A stretch of 64,000 nt of DNA, taken from Octopus sinensis. Lineage: Eukaryota. The stretch covers positions 25,234,001 to 25,298,000 of the forward strand of contig NC_043012.1 in assembly GCF_006345805.1 (NCBI RefSeq), in the 5' to 3' direction. A program made the position numbers and the translations under genes. The notes below the pieces were generated by a model. It saw only the letters and a list, made by a program, of their open reading frames with translations. It was not told where the DNA came from and did not search any database. This document shows positions 51,680 to 64,000 of this stretch, in pieces. Positions within the stretch are counted from its first letter, which is position 1, and each line of letters opens with the position of its first letter.

Positions 51680-51750
<71 letters not shown>

Positions 51751-52806
51751 CGCTAGCCGCTACTTATTCTCTCCTTGTTTCTTTCTGTGTTCCTTTCTCT
51801 GGAAGAGCGTAGGCTCGAAACGTTAAAGACGTTCTCACTTCCCGAGCGATAAACTAATACTTCTGTTTGTTGTCTACACCACCTGTCTTCGTCTTTTGTT
51901 TTTTTTGTGATTTCTTCCCTTATATATATAATTATATTTATATAATATATATATATATATATATATAATATATCTATTATATAATTCGTTGAAAGCTCAA
52001 AATAGGGAGTAATTAACAGTCGACAATTGAGGAAGGGTTAGACTTCTTTCTTTTATTTTGTCCCTGATAAGTCGAAGGTGATATCTCCGCAATGTTATGT
52101 AGGAAGGCGAAGCAAACTGTCTGTGAACCACTTTTTTTATAAATCGGATAACGGAAGAAAGCGTTAAAAACGTAAATGAAAATGTATGTAACCATCCAAC
52201 ATTCTGACTACCTTGCTATTCTCAATACATAAATAAATAAATAAATACACCCAGATTTATATATATATATATATTTATTTATTTATATATATATATGTTT
52301 GAATATGTAAGTGTCCGTGCGCCAAAATATATTCATTTTCGAACTTCTTATATCGATAAACCCTGTGCAGTAACTGTCTCACCAATCACGTCATTAAAAT
52401 TATCATCACACACATAATTTTTGTCTCCTTCATTGTCCTCGTCGTCAACGTAACCGCTGCCATTAACAACGCCAACACAAGTAAAAGCCTCATCATAATC
52501 ATCGTCATCATCGTTGTCGTCGTCATCATCATCTTCACCATGATCATCATTGTCACCATAAAACGAACTACCAACAGCTATAAAAATACGTACTACAACT
52601 ATAATACCACAGCTAAAGAATACGCGCCACTACTACTACTACTGCCGCAGCCATCGCCAACAGCAAAGGCTCATATGTTACAGTGATTTTAAAGCAAACG
52701 TTTTCACACGTTAAGAAATTATTTTACAAAATGACAGCTGTAATACGACATAAAATCTACAGCTTACTTAATCATATAGGATTGAAATATATTTCATCAA
52801 CTAGAA
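50949..52806 (+). repeat. Dispersed ~210-240-bp direct repeat (50949-51156 and 52567-52806)
   Basis: Both share GATTTTAAAGCAAACGTTTTCACA...AATACGACATAAAATCTACAGCTT...TTGAAATATATTTCATCAACTAGAAA. Confidence 0.9.
51765..51920 (+). mobile_element. Family B2 fragment (motif 51793-51828)
   Basis: CTTT-CTCTGGA-A-GAGC-GTAG-GCTC-GAAAC-GTT-AAAG. Confidence 0.75.
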
Positions 52807-54320
52807 AAAAGAAATTACTATTGCGGTTGTTATTGGCTATTGTCGCTCTATTGAAGTTTCCTAATGTCGAATATGTAAAAGGAGAATTTGAGAAAATTTA
52901 ATAAAATGAGAATTATGAAGACAAACATTTTCTCGAAAATTACAATAACATCGTGATTAGGCTTTGCAGAATTATAGCAAAAAATAATTGCGACATCAGA
53001 GTGAAAATTGATATATACATAGACGTGAAATAATGGAACGAGCATTAAATTGAAAAGGAAAATATGCATGTTAGTATAGGCGTAGTAATGGGTGTGTGAT
53101 GAAGGAGCTCGGTTTGAAGTCGTCTGGTTTCAGGTTCAGTTCCCAAGCGCAGTAACTTAAGAAACTATCTTCTATTTTTTTCCATATCACGACTTCACGC
53201 ACCCTTTTAAAGCCTTGCCATGCTCATGGGCCTGGTTTCCTGGTTTTTATGGTGTATGCGTTCCCCAGCTGGACGGGACGCCAGTCCATCGCAGTCCATA
53301 GCCGATGTTGGTGTCACGTAACTAGCCCGTAAAAAGCGCCTTACGAGTGTTGGACCTGAAAGAGTCAATAACAAATAACACCTACATTGTTAGAAATAAG
53401 AGGTGAAATGCTCTAATCCTGTAGTTAACGCACATTAAGGAAAACATATACGCTATCAGGGACCAACTATCCGAAAAATGCCGAGAAAATATATATGCTT
53501 GTGTGTGTATGAATCGTTGCATGTGTTCTGCATCACCGCTTCATAACCGGTGTTGGTTTGTTTATGATACCGCCACCTAAAGATTCTGTGAAAAGGAAGA
53601 TGGAATATTTACCAGACGTGAGAATAAAACATACACAGTCAGTGCTCCGGCATGGTCGCAATCCAATGACTAAAACAACTGAAACGTTAAGAAGTGATTA
53701 GTTTCTTTAAGATAAGCTACAGCGTACTAAGATGAGAGATTTGTTGAATAAATGCTGCAAATCAGGAAGTTGATATTGCAATGAAGTTGCTATATTTAGT
53801 AAGCGTTAGTGATAGTCTTTCATAGATTTCTTCTTATTGCTTGCAGAAATCTAAAGCTAGAGGTGTAAATGTAATGTGTTGTTTATAAGAGCAAGTGTGA
53901 GAGAAGCGATAAAAGATATGAGAGAAGAAAATAGAAGAGACAATAATAAATTGCTGAGGTGAGAGAGGAAGGCAAATAAGAAGAGAAAAAAACTAGATTC
54001 GAGTTAAATGAGAATACAGAAAATAAATGTGGGGAAGAACAAGATATCGAAAATGTGAAATGAAAGAAGAGAAAAACGGTGAATAGACTATAAGAAAAAC
54101 GAGGAATGAAAGAAAAAATACAGTGGCAATAAAAGATGATGGCGGTGATGGAAAACGCAGTGGAGTGATGAAGTTCGATTCAAGGGAAGCTATTTGGCAG
54201 TTTCATTGTGTCCGATTCTGACGTTGAATGCATTCGTAATGAATGTAGGTGTAATATCTGTAAGAAATGTGTGATTTGAAAGCAGTCATCAGAGTGCATA
54301 CGCACGCACACACACACACA

Positions 54321-54401
<81 letters not shown>

Positions 54402-54658
54402 TGTGTAGGTATGTAGGTTTACGCAGACATTGCTATCAATAAATCTATTACACTGTACTTAGCAATATAAAGTACATTTTCCGCTTAATTACAAATGTGA
54501 GCCTACACCTATTTATTCACGCACGCATATCACCGATGCAGCAACACAGCTTCATTTCAATTCTGATCGTCTGCTACAGTGTATACATGCATACATACAT
54601 ACACACATACATACATACATATATACTTATATACATACATATATACTTATATACATAC

Positions 54659-54689
<31 letters not shown>

Positions 54690-54740
54690 CTATAAACATT
54701 TCTAATATATACATACGTATATATATATACATATATATAA

Positions 54741-54772
<32 letters not shown>

Positions 54773-54825
54773 CTATACATACATATACATACATATAATA
54801 AACATATACTTATATACATACATAA

Positions 54826-54874
<49 letters not shown>

Positions 54875-54999
54875 TTATATAATATATACATACATATATA
54901 CATGTATATAAACATGTACAAATATATATACATACATATATATACATATATATATATACATATATTATATATGCGCGTGTGTGCGTCTATGTGTGTGTC

Positions 55000-55067
<68 letters not shown>

Positions 55068-55087
55068 GCTTATGTATATGTCTGTAT

Positions 55088-55360
55088 GTGAAGGTACATC
55101 GCCTAATGGTTAAGGAGTTGCAGTTACGGTAGCCAGATGGTGATTTCGTTTCCCAGGGCCGGCGGTGCGTTGTGTTCTTGAGAAAATCTCTTTACTCCAC
55201 TTTGCTCTGCAGACATTTCGTCATCTCATGTTATGGCAAAGCTGTGCCCCTGTACAGGCAATGGCGATTTGACGCAGGGAGTGAACCTATGTGCAACATA
55301 AATATTCAATCACTTAAGCAATTCAAAGCATCTGCGCTGATTGTTCAACAAGAAATTGCA
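55088..55360 (+). mobile_element. Diverged tRNA-SINE (family G)
   Basis: GCCTAATGGTTAAGG head and TGCGTTGTGTTCTTGAG domain followed by a different body. Confidence 0.55.
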
Positions 55361-55564
55361 GAAACCTCGTCCGTCGACTGAAGACGTGAGGATCCGTGAT
55401 AAAACGGCGAGGATGACGACGACAACAGCAACAACAACTACAACTACAACGATAATAATAGTGTATATACACACACAGACACACCCACGCCCACTCATAC
55501 ACACACAAACACACACATTTATAATTTTAACAAATTCTCATTTTTTTACTGCCCACAATGCGCT

Positions 55565-56009
55565 ACACACAGAGGGGACAAACAAGGATAGACAAACGGA
55601 TTAAGTCGATTATATCGACCCCAGTACTTAACTGGTACTTATTTAATCGACCCCGAAAGGATAAGAGGCAAAGTCGACCTCGGCGGAATTTGAACTCAGA
55701 ACATAGCGGCCGACGAAATACCTATTTCTCTACTACCCACAGAGGAGACAAACACAGAGGAGACAAACACGGACAGACAAACAGATAAAGTCGATTATAT
55801 CGTAACTGGTACTGCCTAAACACAGAGGAGACAAACACGGACAGACAAACAGATAAAGTCGATTATATCGTAACTGGTACTTATTTAATCGACCCCGAAA
55901 GGATGAAAGGCAAAGTCGACCCCGGGGGAATTTGAACTCAGAACGTAGCGGCAGACGAAATACGGCTACGCATTTCGCCCGGAGTGCTAACGTTTCTGCC
56001 AGCTCGCCA
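55565..56009 (-). mobile_element. Concatenated SINE family A variants with an internal 64-bp exact duplication
   Basis: Two SINE bodies; 55750-55813 is identical to 55818-55881; intact head at 55980-56009. Confidence 0.9.
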
Positions 56010-56169
56010 CTTGTTAAAAATTGTAATTCCGATCATACACATCCGATTCTTTCTAATATGAATTTCCTTCGAAAATAAGAGTAGTTTGGCGCGTATGTGT
56101 CACTACCGCCTGAAAACGCCGATAGACTAACTTCGAGCCATTGTCAACCGTATTTTTCAGATAGAATAA

Positions 56170-56750
56170 TCTATATATATATATATATATATACAAATTT
56201 GACGAGGCTATTCTTTCTTGTCTTGGGATTCACGGACAAACGACTGGGCGCAATTGCGCGAAAAATTACACAGATATGTAGAATGATCCGAGGGTGTTGC
56301 TGCGATTTGGATTTTTTTCATAGCTCCCATGGTTGCCGAGATAATCTACTACAATAGTACTCTTGTTTTTATGAATGAGAAAGGATGGGGTGATGTCATA
56401 CTTGGTAGTGGTATGATGAAAACTGTACGCTGAAAAAATAAATCAAGCAGAGTTTCAACTCTGTGTGAATATATGTATGTGTATGTAAGATTGGGCTATG
56501 TGAATATGTGCGCACGCAATAAAAGTCTGATGGTTCATCTTTGTTCGCTTAGTATTTGGGTTTATTTTTTGATTTGATTGAATCCTGGTTTTTCTTTGTT
56601 GGTCAGTTATTTTTAGCGTTTTGACAGAAAAAGTAATTCTAAAATTGCTTTTCAACGTAAGCGTGCCCAAACAAATCGAATGCTTTCATACAGCAGGTTT
56701 TACAGCCACATAATCCAAACCGACCGGGTGAAACCGGGTTTCGCTGCTAG
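56170..56750 (+). mobile_element. Candidate non-autonomous Helitron
   Basis: Starts A|TCTATATATA and ends with a GC hairpin (CCGG-GTGAAA-CCGG) followed by CTGCTAG|T. Confidence 0.55.
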
Positions 56751-58845
56751 TATAACTATATATGTGTATGTTTGTGTCTGTTTATATATCTGTGTGCATT
56801 AGTGCATTGATGTAAACATTGCTAGCCAACAGAACTACATTCTGTATCTGCATAAGTTTGCGTTTAGGCTATTGCAGTCTCAGCTGTGTTCGATCATGGA
56901 TTAGATACCCAGGCCGGCAAGTGTATTGTATTCATGAGTAAAAATTTTATTCCAATTCGCTCCTTTCTCCTCAGCTGTGATTGAGTAATGCTGAAACAAA
57001 ATGGCGTCCGTTCAGGGATGGGTGGATCATGTAATCCCCGACTCTTATATGCTATGACTTTTGGACAAGAGGCTTGTTCAGCCATAGGTCTCAAGAAAAA
57101 ATTAACTACAACCCCTCTAACTTATATATAAAACAAGATGTTCTCATGAGTCTATGCCTTGCTGGCTGACAGGTCTCTGAGTGGTAACAAATATGGATGT
57201 TTTCATACCAAATTTACACCTGTAGTTTTTACTCACAAGTAGTCGCACGAGTGTTAAAGTCCTGTTTCTAATTTAGCGTTAAATGTTTATACAAGATTTC
57301 CCTTCATAGTTTTAGCCTTTCTCCATGAATAAGGCGCACACTACCTTTTTTTTCCACTTAAGATCAACAATAAACTTGTCTGTGTTATACATTAGTAAAT
57401 GCAGTATTTAGCTTTATTAAAATACTTTAATTGAGCTAATTAATCTAATTGCCCATATTACGAAATTAATATAAATTAATGCTGGTTTTAATCCAATGAT
57501 GTGCGAGATAATCTATCTTACGATAAAGGCTTGAAATAATATTAATTCTCTGTACCTAGAATAAATTACTTCTGCGTTTAAATTAGAAAATTACTATTTT
57601 TAAATCTCACAACGTGAGATATTCAGCAACGGTCCTTTGTAGTAAAGATTGTTTTCCAACATAAAATCGCAGTCTTGGTTTAGGACTAATGTTGCTGTAA
57701 TTTAGCCACAGGAGACACCGTCTCTAGCTGGCTGTACGACACGATCTGTGTCCTTACATTTTCGAACAAGGGAACGTAGCGTCCTCACTCAGCTCAAAAC
57801 AATATCTGTGTATCGCGATCTCCGGGTTATTTGTATTCATCGTTTAACTATGATATCATTTAACTATAATATACACTACTGCCACCCAAGAAGCACACAT
57901 AGACATACACACACACACATGCATACATACACACAGAAACACAGATGTACACTCACAAATGCATACACTCGCACGTATATACACAAGTAGCAACGATAAT
58001 AATTCCGTGACATTTTAGAAGCCCTTGAGAGCGCTTTGCCAACACTAAACAAAATTATAGTTTCATCTAAACGCATATAATATGCGATAGATATCTGGAT
58101 GGCGACGTTCTTCCGGCTGGATTAATTTAAATTTGGCATAGGGAATTAGGATTTCTCAAGCGATTGTATGTATGTATATATATATTCGTTTGACACAAGG
58201 TGTCGATATCTCTTAGTACAGTCATACACACACTCCTTCCCTCTCTCTCTCACAGACACAAACACACGTGAATACACACATGCACGCACACAAACACACG
58301 CACAAATACTCGCGCATATATACAGTAATCAAGTAATTAATATATATACTCTGAAACCCAATTTCACGTTCATGAAAAACACAGCAATTAACACTTTAAA
58401 ATGTCCAGAAATATATATACGTGTATGTGTGTATAAATACATATATATATATAGAAACATACAAACATACATATATATGCATATACATATATATATATGT
58501 GTGTGTGTATATATATACATACACACACATATATATATATACATATACATATATATATCTATATATATAAAACAAGATATATAAAAACGAATTGCCGTAA
58601 ACATTGTAGAAATTCGGCAAAGAAATGAATTTTCGGGATGTGGCCTGGAGGGGTTTTTCGTATTAATCGTTTGGACTTTGTGAACACATACCAATTGTTT
58701 TCATAACATTTTTAACGCTTTGCATTAAACGTGACCATCTTGCGTTGAGTCTGCAGTTTGAATCACTTTAACCAAATTTTAGCAGGCCGGATTTTTGATC
58801 TTCACGATACATCGACAACGACTCCCTGAAATGTCCGTTGAGAAA

Positions 58846-58965
58846 TCTATATATATAAAACTCAACTTTTGTGTCTGTGTATGTATCTGTGTGTGTGTGT
58901 CTGTGTCTTTAACTTTTGGATATACCAAGTTTCATTATTAAGGATGGAAAGTAGTGTGTAGCAAA
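58846..58965 (+). mobile_element. Helitron-like 5' end truncated by the next element
   Basis: A|TCTATATATATAAAACTCAAC...TGTCTGTGT resembles the 58966 start. Confidence 0.45.
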
Positions 58966-59343
58966 TCTATATATATATAAAGTTGAAGTTGTCTGTGTGT
59001 GGCAGGTTGGGTAGCCTTCAACTAACACTATATCCTTCGAGACCCTGAAGTGCAAGTTGACCAAAATTGAGAGTATGATAGAAGGCTTGCTTTTCATTCT
59101 GTAGAAGATAAAATTCAAATCGGACCATGTTAACACCCAAAATTATTTACATCAAAAAGGTGCTTTTTTTTCTATGAAAATCCCTACTTTTTACAATTTT
59201 TGACTGCTGTGTCACCATTTTTCGGTGGGAAAATGTTCACTTGAAGAGAATAACAAGTTGCATAATGCAAAATTTTTACGTTTCAAAAATTCCAATTCTA
59301 AAGGGTCGAAACAAACCCAAGCAACACCGGGTGATACTGCTAG
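58966..59343 (+). mobile_element. Non-autonomous Helitron (378 bp)
   Basis: A|TCTATATATATATAAAG start, subterminal ACCC..GGGT hairpin, CTGCTAG|T end, no target duplication. Confidence 0.7.
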
Positions 59344-59435
59344 TATACATATATATATATAGATAAATACACACACACACATACACATACACACATATAT
59401 ATGTTTGTTGCTACTTTGAATACATACATATAATG

Positions 59436-59499
<64 letters not shown>

Positions 59500-59874
59500 A
59501 CATATGCAGTTAAAGAGGATATACAGCTCTTCTAAGGGTGGTTCCATCCAAGTCACAAATAAAATTTTTACTCACTACTCGTCATCGCTGTCTTGGCGAT
59601 TTTGTTAATCTTTTGTTCTGCCAGGGGGTCTAACGGATATATGGCTAAGAGATATCTCTTCCCAAAATGTATTATAAATATCAAATATTATTAAGCAAGA
59701 AAATGGAAATATTTAATGGATAAAATTAATTTATTCACTGTTTAATATTGCCTACACATGTTTCAATTCACACTCAATTGAAAATTTTAAGTTGGATAAA
59801 TCAATTTTATCCATTTACTTGTTTTATTATATTTACATGCAGACACACACACACCGCCATGTTGATTCGCTAGC

Positions 59875-60040
59875 TTCTGCACGCATTATTTTTCTCTCCT
59901 TGTTTCTCTCCGTGTTTCTTTTCTGTGTATCTTTCTGTTGAAGAGCGTGGGCTCGAAACGTAAAAGACTTGTTTTATTTATATTGTTTGTTTGTATTCCA
60001 CCTGCCTTCGTCTTCTGTTTATTTTCATAAAGCTTCCCGT
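59875..60040 (+). mobile_element. Family B2 fragment (motif 59931-59966)
   Basis: CTTT-CTGTTGA-A-GAGC-GTGG-GCTC-GAAAC-GTA-AAAG. Confidence 0.75.
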
Positions 60041-60289
60041 TATATATATATATGTATGTGTATGTGTGCGCGTGTGTGTGTGTACCCGAATCATGACATT
60101 TTACACGTATTTTAGGTGCAATTACGAAATGACTAAATTATGAAAAGATTATGCATAGCTCAATCACCAAAAACTTCATCTCTGCATTTCTCACGAAAAT
60201 ACCCAATGAATTGAAATACGATATCTATCTATATATTTCTCTATTTATCTATCTCTCTATCGCTCAATCTATCTACCCAGGTAACCACA

Positions 60290-60440
60290 CATGTGCTGTT
60301 AGTGGTTTCTTTACCTTCTTTAGATTTCTCCCATTCACCTTTCCGACGAAGAGCTATACTCGAAACGTCAAACTACCGCTTTCCACCTAGCGTGAAGCTA
60401 AAACATTCCTTGTGCACGTCCACTCGTTGAATTGATTGTT
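60290..60440 (+). mobile_element. Diverged family B1 fragment (motif 60339-60373)
   Basis: CTTT-CCGACGA-A-GAG-CTATA-CTC-GAAAC-GTC-AAAC. Confidence 0.6.
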
Positions 60441-61424
60441 TATTTGAATTGACTATACACACAAACATATACACACGCACATATGTATATATATAAAAGT
60501 GTAACTATCTATCTATCAATCTGTCTATCTATCTATTTATTATTCTGTTTGTATCTCTCACTTTCTATCCGTCTCTCTCTCTCTCCCTCTCCACCAATCT
60601 ACTTTCTTACTAGTTTTCCTACTAACCATTCTACCTACCTATCTGACTATTTTCCCAGCTACATGTCAGTCTTTGTAGCAGACTGGCGCTAAGAATACTA
60701 TTGAACGAATTAGTGCATCATTTGAAATGTAAATAATAAAGGTAATTTAATATTCTACTGATATTGGTAAAGACACATAGAGAAATAAAATGAATAATTC
60801 AGTCGTAGTTGCAGCTAATAAATGGAAATAAACAACATTTAAAATTTTACGAGGTGTTTTAAAAGTTAAAAAAAGACATGTATGAAGAAATTTATTTTTA
60901 TTCCTTGTCATAAACGATTCTGATTTCTTATCTAAAACTGCATACGGAGTTACACAAACATAACAAATGTTCACACATGTACATACTTATATAATATATA
61001 TGTGTCTTACCGTGTGTGGGTTTGTGTGTCGGTGTGTATGTATGTGCTTAACGTCTCTGTTTATCTCAATTTGTTTTCCAGTTCCATATTAATAGCCACT
61101 GCCCTGCAAAATAAATACCGATTATGAATATGCATGGAATAAGATGATATCGATTCTTCCAATCAGTGGTGAATCGGGGATTACGATATCCATAAGTCTG
61201 CTCATTAAATCGTACTATGTACGAGACTTGATTTCCACTCCTTTTCCTCTATACTGTATAGCAAAGTATCCATACATAATAATACCTACCTATAACATGT
61301 ATGTATGTATGTATGTATGAAGTATGTATGTATCTATCTATCTATCTATCTATCAATATATATATATATATATATCATTATATATATATATATAATATAT
61401 ATAATATCTATATATATATATATA

Positions 61425-61478
<54 letters not shown>

Positions 61479-63199
61479 TATATATATATAGTATATATAT
61501 GTATCTACTGACATGGCGGATTTGCGTATCACGGAAACATGTGCCGTATCTGTTACATGCTAATAATATTTCATGTTTATATGTAAGCATTTTAACATAT
61601 ATGTAGACATAGTCTGTCTCATGTAGAAAAATTTATTTATGTCAATCACACCACAACACTCTAAACAGATAACAGAACACGATTTCGTTTTCACAATACA
61701 TATGTATATGCATATGCATATGCATATGTATATGTATATATATATATACATATATATACATACATACATACATAAGCAACCTATATTTTTCACTGGTCTG
61801 AGTTGGACTGCTATGGTGTCGAAAGCATAGTGATAACTGCTAGGCTGCTGATGATTTCAATGTATGTTTGATACGCCAGCTGTTTGAGAAACCTATATTT
61901 TGGAGTCGCGTTGTTCTGCAGCATATGTATACAATTATTTCATAAGTATACACATGTGTGGTTCAATCTTATATATGTGTTTTCGTCTGTGTATTTGTGC
62001 GTATGTATATGTATGCAATTGGTAAAAGGGCAGATAAATGCAGCGGCGCTCTCAGTGGAGACACACAATATGATTTGATACATACACGCGTACACACAAA
62101 CACATGCATAGATATATAAATATATACATATATAACTGTGTATGTATATATCTAATATGCATGTATGTATAGGTGTGTATGTATTTGTATGTGTGCTTAT
62201 GTGTGTGTATATGCGTGTGTGTGTGTGCGTGTGTGTACATACTGATATGAAAAGTGTAGATAATTTTTACATATATACAGAGCTGATGAGGAACAAAATT
62301 TTTTTCTAGATGATGAGGCCAGAATAATTACTTCATTTTTCTAAGCTATATCAACCGACGAACGTTCGCAGAGGTAAGCATTTTGCGTAGCCTCTGTGGC
62401 TAGTAATTGAAGGGGAACAAAATTAAATCTATAGAGAAATGTTGCTATTCTCAGACGAGAGACTGAGTCGGAAATCTTGGAATATTATAGTCTCTGAGAA
62501 ATATGCCGCTATTAAACAAGAGAGCATATTAGTTCCATCATCCAAAAGCAGATACAAAGAGATACACAAAGTTTCAATGCAGTTTCTCACCATCAACATA
62601 CCTAGTTTTATCAATCAACCAGCTTTTATAGAAGTCACGTACTCAAACGTTTAAACGATGGTACCCCAACTATTACTACCTTATTTATAAGAAACATACT
62701 GACCACATAGTCACAATGACATAGTTTAACACAAAAATGTTTTACGCAAATATTTTAGTAACATTTGAAGCGTTAAAACGAAGGATTTTAAATCGGAATT
62801 TTGTGCATTGGAGTTCACTTCTATAGGGAAGTTTGTACAGAGTTATATTGCTTGTTTGTAAATTCCTTGCCACTGGACGTTATATCAGATACGTTGAAGT
62901 ATTTGATGTTATAGACTTAATCTATTTCAAACATACAGATAGAAACACATTCTGACAGAATAAATGCCGAAAGTTTTCACTGAATTAAATCCACGTGACA
63001 GCTGAAACAATATCTTCTGTATATTATCGCGAAGGCTTTTCGAAATCAAATAATTCCTTTAACAGAAAGGAAGTCACGTTTAAATGTATACTTATCAAAC
63101 AAACAATTTCACCCATACCTATGACAAGAAAAAGAAAACTAAATAAACAAAAAAAAACGATCATAAAGCTTTCACCCGTTCACAGATACATGTATATCT

Positions 63200-63211
63200 T
63201 CTCATGTAGTA

Positions 63212-63298
<87 letters not shown>

Positions 63299-63362
63299 AA
63301 ATCTATCTATTTATCAATCTATCTATCTAATTCTCTCTCCCTATCTCTCTCTATATATATGC

Positions 63363-63453
<91 letters not shown>

Positions 63454-63470
63454 GATCTCTCTCTCTCTAT
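63200..63470. repeat. (ATCT)n arrays
   Basis: Read directly. Confidence 0.95.
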
Positions 63471-63749
63471 ATATATATATATACATATGTATTTTTTTCC
63501 TGTGTATATGGCTGTCTGTTAAGCTTCAGTTTTTTTTATTTCTGTTTATATGCACGGTCAGACAAAACTTTCTGACTTCTCTTGTGATAAAATCAAATCA
63601 GATAATATTTTATACTGCATAAGCATCATACACGTATACTGTTAAAGTGTTAAAGCACTGATAGACAAACACATTCACACATATTTCCACCAACGTGAAA
63701 ACACTCATATGAAAGTACACATATAGTGTTGTAGTGTATAATTATATAT

Positions 63750-63880
63750 ATAGGAAGAATTCACAAGAAAACAAAAGACGAAGACAGGAGGTGTAGACAA
63801 CAAACAGATAACGCTCGGGAAGTAAAAAAGTCTTTAACGTTTCCAACGTACGCTCTTCCGCACAAAGGAAGACTGAAAGA
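63750..63880 (-). mobile_element. Degraded family B2 fragment
   Basis: Reverse complement of the B2 body; stem II is disrupted. Confidence 0.7.
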
Positions 63881-63914
63881 AATATATATATGTATTTATA
63901 TATATACTCTTTTA

Positions 63915-64000
63915 ATGTGTTATTTGCTTCAGGCATTTGACTGCGGCCGTGCTGGAGCACCGCATTTTAATCGAACAAATCGGCCTCAAGACTTAACCTT
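63915..64000 (-). mobile_element. 3' tail of SINE family D
   Basis: TTTGACTGCGGCC.TGCTGGAGCACCGC is the reverse complement of 49442-49472. Confidence 0.85.

Noticed and set aside
62283-62325. CTGATGAG and TGATGAGGCC motifs
   Set aside because: No downstream GAAA or helices.
62310-62654. Possible micro-exon (donor AG|GTAAGC near 62372) and downstream ORF
   Set aside because: Equally plausible readings exist on both strands; nothing identifiable.

Overview
This is a 64-kb AT-rich eukaryotic window saturated with microsatellites. The repeat landscape (tRNA-headed SINEs, Penelope-like fragments, mariner/maT transposons, Helitron-type elements, long TA/AAT/ATCT arrays) strongly resembles an octopus genome; that is an inference, not a database result. 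I recognise no host protein-coding gene, and nearly all ORFs in the track are microsatellite translations. The only near-complete coding sequence is a 1290-bp DD34D mariner (24083-25372), broken only by three 1-nt deletions in G/C runs. The most striking signal is RNA-level: hammerhead ribozyme (HHR) motifs occur in four unrelated repeat families. The best case is a 456-bp-period direct repeat (17527-18189) with two identical, fully canonical type I HHRs on the minus strand, a retrozyme-like architecture predicted to release a 456-nt circularisable RNA. The window also has a tRNA-headed SINE carrying an HHR, an HHR-like family with a fixed non-canonical core (CUGUNGA), palindromic MITE-like elements whose arms co-evolve, two locally templated insertions inside SINEs, and one GC/CpG-rich candidate promoter/first exon. 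All folds and alignments were done by eye.
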